Source of the DNA: Candidatus Adlerbacteria bacterium
GTDB taxonomy: Bacteria; Patescibacteriota; Minisyncoccia; Phycocordibacterales; SBAW01
Direction: 5' to 3'
Length of the DNA: 50,470 bases
NCBI GenBank assembly: GCA_903884345.1
Contig: CAISEE010000043.1
Span: 1-50,470, forward strand
The notes under the pieces are model-generated. The model was not told the origin of the DNA, did no database searches, and worked only from the letters and a program-made list of their open reading frames with translations. The translations under genes and the position numbers were made by a program. Of the stretch, positions 18,116 through 27,102 are shown one piece after another (the first letter of the stretch is position 1; each line of letters starts with the position of its first letter).

Positions 18116-18385
18116 ATGATATTAAAACTGCTATGTGTCGTGTTCGGAATACTGCTGGGATTTGCTGCGCTGTACCTCACGGGCTGGGTTATGTTTATAA
18201 ATGGATTTTCGGGTGGGGGAGTATCCGATTATGCACTATTTGTCCCGCTGCTTATTCCTGTCTTTGCGTTTGTTGGGTTTACGATTTTTGCGCGGTACAT
18301 GCAGGTCCCGTTGTTGCACTTTAGTTTCATTCTTTTTCCGTATGCACTTTCGCTTTGTGGGTTGTGGTACCCCTTCACGCACTAG
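18116..18385 (+). CDS. small 3-TM membrane protein
   Basis: 89 aa, highly hydrophobic. Confidence 0.6.
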   Translation: MILKLLCVVFGILLGFAALYLTGWVMFINGFSGGGVSDYALFVPLLIPVFAFVGFTIFARYMQVPLLHFSFILFPYALSLCGLWYPFTH

Positions 18386-18473
18386 AGTGACCGGAGTTAG
18401 CATAAAAATTGCACGAGTCGGTTGAAGCTACCTTTCTACCCCAAAAAGGGTGGTGGTGGTATAGTCTTTTTAT

Positions 18474-21400
18474 ATGTTGGACACCAAGGATCAGGGTGGG
18501 GAGGAGAAGCCGGGGGTCGAACTCAAAGCGAAGGGGCCGCTGGCGGCGCGCGAGGAGGTCGTGCTCGATTTTTGGAACAAGGAGCGCATCTTTGAGAAGT
18601 CGCTCGAGCGACCGGCACCCAAGGGTGAGTACGTCTTTTACGACGGGCCACCATTTGCGACCGGGCTCCCGCACTACGGGCACCTGTTGCAGAGCACCAT
18701 CAAAGACGCCATCCCGCGCTACCGCACCATGCGGGGCTTTCGCGTGTCGCGCCGCTGGGGTTGGGACTGCCACGGGTTGCCGCTCGAGAATCAAATCGAG
18801 AAGGAGTTGGGTTTCAAGACCAAGCGCGACATCGAGGAGTACGGCATCGAGAAGTTCAACCTCGCGGCCAAGAGCACGGTCTTGCGCTACGCCGACGAGT
18901 GGAAGCGCATCGTCCCACGCATCGGCCGTTGGGTCGACATGGAGGACGATTACAAGACCATGGACTCGACCTACACCGAGTCGGTCTGGTGGGCCTTCAA
19001 GTCGCTGTTTGATAAGGGGCTCATCTATGAGGGCTTCAAGGCGATGCATTTTTGCCCGCGCTGCGGCACCACACTTTCCAACAACGAGGTGGCGCTGGGC
19101 TACCAGGACATTCCCGACCTTTCGGTCACGGTGAAGCTGCCTTTGGTCGACGAACCCGAGACCTCGCTCTTGGCCTGGACCACGACGCCGTGGACGCTTC
19201 CCGGCAATGCCGCAGCCGCGGTTAATCCCGAGGCGACCTACGTCAAAGCACGCACCGAGGCGGGCTTCGTCATCGTGGCAAAAGAACTCGCCGAGAAAGT
19301 CTTGGGCGAGAATCCGCGCATCCACGAAGAGATGCTGGGCAAGGCGCTGGTGGGCCGCCGCTACGAGCCGCCATTTGCGTACTTCAAAGACATGCTCCAC
19401 AAGCACAAGACCCACGCGTGGAAGGTCTACGCGGGGGACTTTGTGACGCTCTCGGATGGTACCGGCATCGTCCACATCGCACCCGCCTTCGGTGAGGACG
19501 ACCTTAAGTTGGCCGAGGCCGAGAAGATTCCGCTCATCCACCACGTGAATGACGAGGGCAAATTCGTCGCGGCCGTGACCGATTTGGTGGGGCTCCCCGT
19601 CAAACCGAAAGGGCGCCACATGGAGACAGATGCCAAAGTTATCGAGCTCCTGAAGGAGAATGGTCGCCTGTTTGCCAGCGAGAAAATCACGCACTCCTAC
19701 CCGCACTGCTGGCGCTGCGACACGCCGCTGCTTAACTGGGCGTCCAACTCATGGTTCGTGAAAGTCTCGGCGCTGAAATCCAAACTCCTGGCCGAAAATA
19801 AAAAAGTGTCGTGGGTGCCCTCGCACGTGGGGCAGGGGCGGTTCAATAACCTCATCGAGTCGGCACCCGATTGGGCGATCTCACGCAGCCGCTACTGGGG
19901 CGCGCCGATTCCGGTGTGGCGCCATAGTCAGACCAAAGAACTCAAAGTCATCGGCTCGGTCGAGGAGCTCTTGGCGCTCGCGCGTCGCTCGGGTAACCAC
20001 TACGTCGTGATGCGCCATGGGCAGGCGCGCAGCAACGTCGAAGGCTTCGTCAACTCGACCAACGAAATCGAGAACCACCTCACCGCAGCAGGGAAGGAAG
20101 AGGTGCTAAAGAGCGCCGCCGAGATGCGGGGGCTCGGGATCGACCTCATCGTTGCCTCGCCGATAACGCGCACGCAAGAAACCGCGCGCCTCGTGGCAGA
20201 AGAACTGGGCGTCCCCGCGTCGGCCATCATGACCGATGTGCGCCTCTCGGAGATTCACTTCGGCGAGAAGGATGGTGCGCCGATCGAGGAGTGGGAAGGG
20301 CTCTTTGCGACACTTTCGGACCGATTCAACAAAACCTTCGTGGGCGGCGAGACGTACGCCCAGGTGCGCGCTCGCGTGGCCGACTTCCTCTCCGACATCG
20401 AGCGCCGCTACAGCGGCAAGCGCATCTTGATCGTGACCCATGCGGCACCCGCGTGGCTCCTGTCGGAGTTCGCACAACGATCGACCCATGCCGACATGCA
20501 TGCCCGCGCGCATCGCGGCACCTTGCACCAGACGGCACAGTGGTCGGAAATTGATTTTACGCCGTACCCGCACAACAAAGAGGGCGACCTCGATTTGCAC
20601 CGCCCCTACATCGACCAGCTTGCGCTCGGCGACTCGCTTTCGGGGCAGTGGGAGCGCGTCTCGGACGTCTTTGACTGCTGGTTTGAGTCGGGCTCGATGC
20701 CCTTCGCCTCGGCGCACTACCCGTTTAAGAAGGAGACCTTCGATCCCAAACATCTGCTTGGTTTCAAACCCAAAGGATTTCCGGCAAGCTTCATCGCCGA
20801 GGGTATCGACCAGACGCGTGGGTGGTTCTACTCGATGATCGTCTTGGGTGTGGGGCTTTTTGGCAAGGCGTCGTATGAGGCGGTGGTGACCAACGGTATG
20901 GTCTTAGCCGAGGACGGGCGCAAGATGAGCAAGAAGCTCAAGAACTATCCCGATCCGATGGAATTGGTCGAGAAGTATGGCGCGGATTCGCTACGCTACT
21001 ACATCCTCTCGTCCACCGTCATTCGTGGTGAAGACCTGCGCTTCTCGGCCCGCGGGGTCGAGGAAGTATCAAAGAAGCTCCTTATGCGCCTGGACAACGT
21101 GCGCTCGTTCTACGACCTCTACGCCAATGGGACGCCGCGCGCCAACACCAGCACGCATGTGCTCGACCGCTGGATTCTCTCGCGCCTCAGCGAGCTTGTG
21201 CGCGACACGACCGCCGGCTTCGAGCGCTACGAGCTTGATGTCGCGACGCGCCCTTTGGCCGCGTTCATCGACGACCTCTCGACCTGGTACCTGCGCCGCT
21301 CGCGCGATCGCTTTAAGCAAGACGGCGAGGACCCCTCGACTACGCTCGGGGCAGGTAAAACGGCTGCGTTGGCCACCCTGCGCTACGTGCTCTTTACGGC

Positions 21401-22007
21401 CTCTCAGGTCATGGCGCCGGTCCTGCCGTTCTTTGCCGATGACCTCTACCTGCGCGTCAAAGAAGTGGGGGACAAGGAAAGCGTGCACCTGTGCGACTGG
21501 CCCGAGGCGCTCTTTATCGACGAGGATTTGCACACACAAATGGCAACAACCCGCTCGATCGTCTCTCTGGCGCTTGAGGCGCGCGAAGCGTCGGGCATTA
21601 AAATCCGCCAGCCGCTGGGGCTTCTTGAACTCAAAGCCGCGCCCACCAACGTCGAATTCTTCCCGCTCATCGCCGACGAGGTCAACGTGCGTGAGGTGCG
21701 CGAAAATGCCGAACTGTCTGACGCAATCAAACTTGATGTGACGCTCACGCCCGAGTTGCGCGAGGCGGGCACCTTGCGCGAGGTGGTGCGTGCCGTGCAG
21801 GAGTTTCGCAAGCAAGAGAAGCTCTCGATCGGCGATCGACCGAAGCTGCATGTGGTGACCTCTCCCACGGGACAGGATTTCCTGCACAAGCACACCGACG
21901 TCGTGTGTCGCGAGACCAACCTTGCCTCGCTCACCGTTTCACTCGCGCAAGATGAGGTCGCCTCGAGCGAGTCGCTCTTCCCGATGCGGTTTCACCTCGA
22001 GCGCTGA
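18474..22007 (+). CDS. ileS: isoleucine--tRNA ligase (type 2) with inserted histidine phosphatase domain
   Basis: DGPPFATGLPHYGH, WTTTPWTLP, GTGIVHIAP, DLHRPYID, KMSKK; internal RHG domain. Confidence 0.97.
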   Translation: MLDTKDQGGEEKPGVELKAKGPLAAREEVVLDFWNKERIFEKSLERPAPKGEYVFYDGPPFATGLPHYGHLLQSTIKDAIPRYRTMRGFRVSRRWGWDCHGLPLENQIEKELGFKTKRDIEEYGIEKFNLAAKSTVLRYADEWKRIVPRIGRWVDMEDDYKTMDSTYTESVWWAFKSLFDKGLIYEGFKAMHFCPRCGTTLSNNEVALGYQDIPDLSVTVKLPLVDEPETSLLAWTTTPWTLPGNAAAAVNPEATYVKARTEAGFVIVAKELAEKVLGENPRIHEEMLGKALVGRRYEPPFAYFKDMLHKHKTHAWKVYAGDFVTLSDGTGIVHIAPAFGEDDLKLAEAEKIPLIHHVNDEGKFVAAVTDLVGLPVKPKGRHMETDAKVIELLKENGRLFASEKITHSYPHCWRCDTPLLNWASNSWFVKVSALKSKLLAENKKVSWVPSHVGQGRFNNLIESAPDWAISRSRYWGAPIPVWRHSQTKELKVIGSVEELLALARRSGNHYVVMRHGQARSNVEGFVNSTNEIENHLTAAGKEEVLKSAAEMRGLGIDLIVASPITRTQETARLVAEELGVPASAIMTDVRLSEIHFGEKDGAPIEEWEGLFATLSDRFNKTFVGGETYAQVRARVADFLSDIERRYSGKRILIVTHAAPAWLLSEFAQRSTHADMHARAHRGTLHQTAQWSEIDFTPYPHNKEGDLDLHRPYIDQLALGDSLSGQWERVSDVFDCWFESGSMPFASAHYPFKKETFDPKHLLGFKPKGFPASFIAEGIDQTRGWFYSMIVLGVGLFGKASYEAVVTNGMVLAEDGRKMSKKLKNYPDPMELVEKYGADSLRYYILSSTVIRGEDLRFSARGVEEVSKKLLMRLDNVRSFYDLYANGTPRANTSTHVLDRWILSRLSELVRDTTAGFERYELDVATRPLAAFIDDLSTWYLRRSRDRFKQDGEDPSTTLGAGKTAALATLRYVLFTASQVMAPVLPFFADDLYLRVKEVGDKESVHLCDWPEALFIDEDLHTQMATTRSIVSLALEAREASGIKIRQPLGLLELKAAPTNVEFFPLIADEVNVREVRENAELSDAIKLDVTLTPELREAGTLREVVRAVQEFRKQEKLSIGDRPKLHVVTSPTGQDFLHKHTDVVCRETNLASLTVSLAQDEVASSESLFPMRFHLER
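21333..21356 (+). repeat. REP-like mini-palindrome inserted in frame in ileS (PSTTLGAG)
   Basis: CCCTCGACTACGCTCGGGGCAGGT, 24 bp, interrupts RDRFKQDGED/KTAALATL. Confidence 0.65.
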
Positions 22008-22588
22008 TGCACCGGATCGTCGCAACCGAAGGGGTGGTCTTGCGCAAGCGAGGGGTCGGCGAGGCCAACACCCTGGTCGCCATCCTCTCGCTGGAGCTGG
22101 GGCTCGTGCGTGCCTCGGCCCGCTCGGCGCGCCTGGCCAAATCGAAGCTTCGCTACGGGCTCGAGACCATGACCGAGGGTCGCTTTTCGTTGGTCAAAGG
22201 TCGCTATGAGTGGAAGGTCGTCGGCGTCGAGCGTCTCTCGCGCGAGGGGCTCGCGCAATCGGCCGCATCGCGGCGTGCCTTCGGTCGCGTCGCGCGACTC
22301 CTCCTGCGTCTCATCCATGGCGAGGAACCCGTGCCTGCCCTCTACCACTGCGTGCGTGCGGGCTTTGCGGCGCTGGCCGAGGCATCGAGCGAGTCGCTGG
22401 TTGAGCACATCGAGTGCGTGCTCGTGCTGCGCATCCTCGCGCACTTGGGTTACGTGCCGCACCATGCGGCGCTTCAGCCGTTTGTCGACGATGACCAGTA
22501 CGGGCCCGAGCTTGTGGCTGCTGCCGCAGCCACGCGAGCGCTCCTCATTCGGACCATCAACGAGTCTTTGGGTGCCACAGGCCTCTAA
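22007..22588 (+). CDS. recO: DNA repair protein RecO (short form)
   Basis: TEGVVLRKRGVGEAN..LGLV..A..AR..KSKL, LAHLGY; TGATG coupling to ileS. Confidence 0.85.
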   Translation: MHRIVATEGVVLRKRGVGEANTLVAILSLELGLVRASARSARLAKSKLRYGLETMTEGRFSLVKGRYEWKVVGVERLSREGLAQSAASRRAFGRVARLLLRLIHGEEPVPALYHCVRAGFAALAEASSESLVEHIECVLVLRILAHLGYVPHHAALQPFVDDDQYGPELVAAAAATRALLIRTINESLGATGL

Positions 22589-22612
22589 GGGGAGTGGTAT
22601 ACTTTCGATATT

Positions 22613-24574
22613 ATGATCCCGCGCAAACCCAAGGACGCCGTCGACGACATGAAGGATCGCCTCTACTCGCGGGTCGACGCGCCTGTGGTGGATGCCGAGG
22701 AGCGCACGCCGCTCTCGCCCTCGGACGATACGCCGCCCAAGACCTGGACCGACATCAAAGAAAAAGAGACTCAGCACAAGAAGCCCGCACCCGATTTGTC
22801 GTACTATAATCTCGAGGCAGAGACACAACGCATGCGACTTTCGACGAAATTCTTTTTGGGCTCGGTCGTCTTTTTCGTCGGCGCCATCGCCGTGGCGGGG
22901 TACATGTTCTTCTTCGCGGGGGGCAGCATCTCGCAAAACAACATCGACATCCAGGTCGTCTCGCCGTCGTTGATCGACAGCGGCAAGACCACCTCGTTTG
23001 ACGTGCTCGTCACCAACCGCAACGTGACGCCGCTCCAGTTGGTCGACCTCATCATCGACTACCCCCAAGGCACGCGTGACGCGCAAGACCAGACCAAGGC
23101 GCTGCCGCAAGCGCGCCAGTCGATCGGCACCATCGCCGCGGGGCAGCAGGTCAAGCGCGTCGCCGACGCCGTCTTCTATGGCCAGGAGGGAGTGCAGCAG
23201 AAGCTCGCCGTCACGCTCGAGTACACAGAGCCGGGCAGCAACGCCATCTACCAGAAGGAAGTCGACACCAACTTTGTCGTCGGCTCCTCGCCGGTCACCG
23301 TCACGGTCGCGTCACCCACCGAGGCGATTGCCGGGCAGCCCTTTGGCATGGATGTCACCGTCGCAAGTAACTCGGCGACACCGATCGACAACCTCGTGCT
23401 GCAGAGTATCTACCCGTTCGGCTTCTCGGTCAGTGCGGCGACGCCCAAGGCCAGCGTCGGCGACAATATCTGGCACTTGGGGACGCTCAAACCGGGCGCC
23501 CAGCAGACTATCCACATCGACGGGACGGTCGACGGGCAGGACGGCGACGAGCGCGTCTTCCGCTTCCTCACGGGTGTCAACGACAACCAGACCGACACGA
23601 CCATCAAAGTGCCATTCCTCACGATGCCGCAGACGGTCACCGTGCGCCGACCCTTCGTCAGTGCCTCGCTTGCCATCAACGGGCAGACGGGCAAGAGCAT
23701 CTCGGTCCCGGGCAGCAAGGTCCTCAACGGCACGATCACGTGGCAAAACAACCTCAAAGACGCCGTGGCGGATGCCGAGCTCGTCCTCACACTCGACGGG
23801 CCGATGCTCGACAAGGCCTCGGTCATGGCGCCGTCGGGCTTCTACCAGTCGGCCAATTCAACCATCACGTGGACCAAAGATGACGCTCCCGAACTGACTA
23901 ACATCGCCCCGGGTGCCTCGGGCACGCTCAACTTCAGCTTCTCGACTCTGGCACCGGGCGCAAGCGGTGCGATCTACTCCAACCCCGTCATCAACCTCGA
24001 CCTCTCGGTGGCCGGCGTGCGTCAAGGGCAGGGCAACGTGCCGCAGCAGGTCTCGTCGGCCGCCACGACGCAGGTGTTGCTCTCGTCGGCCGTCGCGCTC
24101 ACCGAAGGCGCGCTCCACTTCTCGGGACCGTTTAACAACCCGGGGCCCATGCCGCCGGTCGTCGAGTCATCGACCGCCTACACCATCGTCTGGACGGTTA
24201 CCAACTCTTCGAATAGTATTGCCAACGGTACGGTGAGCGCCACGCTGCCGTCGTACATGACCTTCATCGCCGCAGCACCGGGCTCGGGCATTACCTACAG
24301 CGCCTCAAACCGCACCGTTACGTGGGCCCTGGGCGACGTCAAAGCGGGCGCCGGATTCAGCCAAGCTGCGCGCAGCGCGGCCTTCCAAGTCCAGATGCTC
24401 CCCAGTGTCTCGCAGGTCGGGAGCGCGCCGCGGCTCACCGGCGACGCCTCGTTTACCGGCATCGACCGCTTCGCGCAGGTGAGCGTGAGCGCCACGGCGC
24501 AGGCGCCCACGACCGACCTCACCAATGACGCGGGCTTCCAAAACGGCATGGGCTTGGTCGCTCCTAAAAAATAA
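22613..24574 (+). CDS. large single-TM protein with tandem Ig-like/DUF11-like extracellular domains
   Basis: TM at about aa 80-101; beta-rich repeats with W.LG.L..G motifs. Confidence 0.8.
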   Translation: MIPRKPKDAVDDMKDRLYSRVDAPVVDAEERTPLSPSDDTPPKTWTDIKEKETQHKKPAPDLSYYNLEAETQRMRLSTKFFLGSVVFFVGAIAVAGYMFFFAGGSISQNNIDIQVVSPSLIDSGKTTSFDVLVTNRNVTPLQLVDLIIDYPQGTRDAQDQTKALPQARQSIGTIAAGQQVKRVADAVFYGQEGVQQKLAVTLEYTEPGSNAIYQKEVDTNFVVGSSPVTVTVASPTEAIAGQPFGMDVTVASNSATPIDNLVLQSIYPFGFSVSAATPKASVGDNIWHLGTLKPGAQQTIHIDGTVDGQDGDERVFRFLTGVNDNQTDTTIKVPFLTMPQTVTVRRPFVSASLAINGQTGKSISVPGSKVLNGTITWQNNLKDAVADAELVLTLDGPMLDKASVMAPSGFYQSANSTITWTKDDAPELTNIAPGASGTLNFSFSTLAPGASGAIYSNPVINLDLSVAGVRQGQGNVPQQVSSAATTQVLLSSAVALTEGALHFSGPFNNPGPMPPVVESSTAYTIVWTVTNSSNSIANGTVSATLPSYMTFIAAAPGSGITYSASNRTVTWALGDVKAGAGFSQAARSAAFQVQMLPSVSQVGSAPRLTGDASFTGIDRFAQVSVSATAQAPTTDLTNDAGFQNGMGLVAPKK

Positions 24575-24585
24575 TCGACACACGT

Positions 24586-25995
24586 ATGGCCGAATCAGAC
24601 AACACATTGATGGAAAAAATCGTCTCGCTGTGCAAGCGCCGCGGTTTCGTGTACCCGGGCTCCGAGATCTACGGGGGGCTGGCGGGCATTTACGACTTCG
24701 GGCCGCGCGGTGTTGAACTGCTCAACAATCTCAAAGCCGCATGGTGGCGCGCCAACGTGTACGACAAAGAGAATCACTTCGGCCTGGACTCCGGCATGTT
24801 CAAAAATCCGCGCGTCTGGGAGGCGAGCGGGCACACGAGCGGCTTCTCTGACCCCCTTGCGGAGTGTCGCAAGTGCAACGCGCGCATCCGCGTCGACAAA
24901 GAACTGGGCAAAATCGGTGTGACCGCCGACGAGAAGATGTCCGAGCAGGCACTGAATGAGCTTTTCGACGCACATCGCGCGAAGATCGCATGCCCTAACT
25001 GTGGCAAAAAAGATTTCACCCCCGTGCGCGCCTTCAACCTGCTTGTTAAGACAAACCTCGGCGACTTCACCTCCGAGGGGAGTGAGCCGGTCTACCTGCC
25101 GGGCGAGGCGTGCCAGGGCATCTATCTGGATTACAAAAATATCGTCGACTCGATGCAGCCGAAGATTCCGTTCGGCATCGTGCAAATCGGCAAGGCGTTT
25201 CGCAATGAGATTTCCCCGCGCAACTTCCTCTTCCGTCTGCGCGAGCTCGAACAGGCCGACACGCAGTTTTTCATCAAACCACACCAGAACAAAGAGGCGT
25301 ACGAGAAGATCAAGCAAGATCGGTGGAATTGGTATCTCTCGATTGGTATCCGCGAGGAGAACCTGCGCTGGAAGCAGCACGAGAACCTCGTTTTTTACGC
25401 CAAGGATGCGTGGGACATCGAATACAACTTCCCGTCGCTCGGCTTCGACGAGCTCGAAGGCATTCACGATCGCACCGACTACGACCTCTCGCAGCACATG
25501 AAATTCTCGGGTGTCGACCTGCAGTATGTGGACCAAGAGAGCGGCGAGAAGTTTATCCCGTGGATTCTCGAGACGTCCGTGGGCCTCAGTCGCATGTTCT
25601 TGGCGGTCATCTCAGACGCCTACTACGAGGACGAGTTGGGTGGCGGTACGCGCGTCGTACTGCGCTTCCACCCGCGTCTTGCCCCCGTCAAAGCCGCCGT
25701 CTTTCCGTTGCTGAAGAACAAACCCGAACTCGTGGCCAAGGCACGCGAAGTGTACCTGGCACTCAAAAAAGACATCCCGCAGATTATGTGGGACGACAAC
25801 GGCAACGTGGGCAAGCGCTACCGCCGCCAGGACGAGATCGGCACGCCGTGGTGCATCACTATCGACTTCGACACGCTCGGCGAGACGCCCGACCTCAAAG
25901 ACACGGTGACCTTGCGCGACCGCGACACGGGGCAGCAGGAGCGTGTTGCAATCAGTGACCTCAAGGCACGAATCCAAGACTCACTCGCGCAGTAG
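24586..25995 (+). CDS. glyQS: glycine--tRNA ligase (alpha2 type)
   Basis: SLCKRRGFVYPGSEIYGG, GKAFRNEISPR, GKRYRRQDEIGTP. Confidence 0.97.
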   Translation: MAESDNTLMEKIVSLCKRRGFVYPGSEIYGGLAGIYDFGPRGVELLNNLKAAWWRANVYDKENHFGLDSGMFKNPRVWEASGHTSGFSDPLAECRKCNARIRVDKELGKIGVTADEKMSEQALNELFDAHRAKIACPNCGKKDFTPVRAFNLLVKTNLGDFTSEGSEPVYLPGEACQGIYLDYKNIVDSMQPKIPFGIVQIGKAFRNEISPRNFLFRLRELEQADTQFFIKPHQNKEAYEKIKQDRWNWYLSIGIREENLRWKQHENLVFYAKDAWDIEYNFPSLGFDELEGIHDRTDYDLSQHMKFSGVDLQYVDQESGEKFIPWILETSVGLSRMFLAVISDAYYEDELGGGTRVVLRFHPRLAPVKAAVFPLLKNKPELVAKAREVYLALKKDIPQIMWDDNGNVGKRYRRQDEIGTPWCITIDFDTLGETPDLKDTVTLRDRDTGQQERVAISDLKARIQDSLAQ

Positions 25996-26016
25996 CTCTG
26001 TGCTACAATCGGGGTA

Positions 26017-27093
26017 ATGAAGGATCGCGAAATCCATATTTCAATCACGGCGGGGAGTGTCGCCAAGACGCTGCTCCTCATCGGTATGTTCGCCCTGCTG
26101 TGGTACTTGCGCGACATCGCACTCATCGTGCTGACCGCGGTCGTCATCGCCTCGGCCATCGAGCCGGGGGTCTTGGCGCTCATGCGGCGGGGGTTCGCGC
26201 GCATTTGGGCGGTCATCTCGGTCTACATCGCGATTCTCGCGGTGTTTTTGGGCGTCATCTTCTTCTTCATCCCGCCCATCCTCAACGACGCGGCGACCTT
26301 CCTCCAGCAGCTGCCTGTGGCCATCTCGTCGATCAACATCTCCGACGTGACGCACGGGCTCTTTCCCTTCGGCAACGCCTCGTCGATGCTCTCGTCCTCT
26401 GACCTTCTGCACAGTATTTCGACCACCATTGCCGACTCAACGGGCGGCGTCTTTACGACACTCTCGGCCTTCTTCGGCGGCCTCACCTCGTTCATCCTCA
26501 TCGTCGTTTTCTCGATTTACTTCGCGGTGCAAGAGACGGGCGTCGATGACTTTCTGCGTATCATCACCCCGACCGAGAGCCAGGCCTACGTGCTCAACCT
26601 CTGGAAGCGCTCCCAAGAGAAGATCGGCAAGTGGATGCAGGGGCAACTCATCTTGGCCTGCATCGTCGGCATCTTCCTCTACCTGGGGCTCCTTATCCTC
26701 GGCATCAAGTACGCGCTCCTCTTGGCGATTTTGGCCGCGGTCTTCGAACTGATTCCGGTTTTCGGGCAATTCTTGGCGGCGATTCCGGCAGTCGCGGTAG
26801 CCTTCATCGACGGCGGCGTCACGGCGGCGCTCCTCACCGGCGGTCTCTACATCATCGTCCAGCAATTTGAGGCGCACCTGATTTACCCGGTGGTAGTGAA
26901 GAAGGTGGTGGGCGTCCCGCCGCTTCTCGTTATTCTCGCGCTCCTCATCGGATTCAAGTTGGTTGGCTTTCTTGGCGTCCTGTTGTCGGTCCCGATCGCG
27001 GGCGCCGTGCAGGAGTTCGTCTCCGACATCGATCGCGCCAAGACCCGCGCCCTGGCCCGCCAAGGCTTGACGCCCGAGGGCGATGCGCAGTAG
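26017..27093 (+). CDS. AI-2E family transporter
   Basis: WMQGQL, ELIPVFG, QQFEAHLIYP, GVLLSVP. Confidence 0.93.
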   Translation: MKDREIHISITAGSVAKTLLLIGMFALLWYLRDIALIVLTAVVIASAIEPGVLALMRRGFARIWAVISVYIAILAVFLGVIFFFIPPILNDAATFLQQLPVAISSINISDVTHGLFPFGNASSMLSSSDLLHSISTTIADSTGGVFTTLSAFFGGLTSFILIVVFSIYFAVQETGVDDFLRIITPTESQAYVLNLWKRSQEKIGKWMQGQLILACIVGIFLYLGLLILGIKYALLLAILAAVFELIPVFGQFLAAIPAVAVAFIDGGVTAALLTGGLYIIVQQFEAHLIYPVVVKKVVGVPPLLVILALLIGFKLVGFLGVLLSVPIAGAVQEFVSDIDRAKTRALARQGLTPEGDAQ

Positions 27094-27102
27094 GGTGAAC
27101 CC

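Noticed and set aside
19998-20560. Intein or intron in ileS
   Set aside because: No Cys/Ser start with His-Asn end and no LAGLIDADG motif; the insert has histidine phosphatase motifs.
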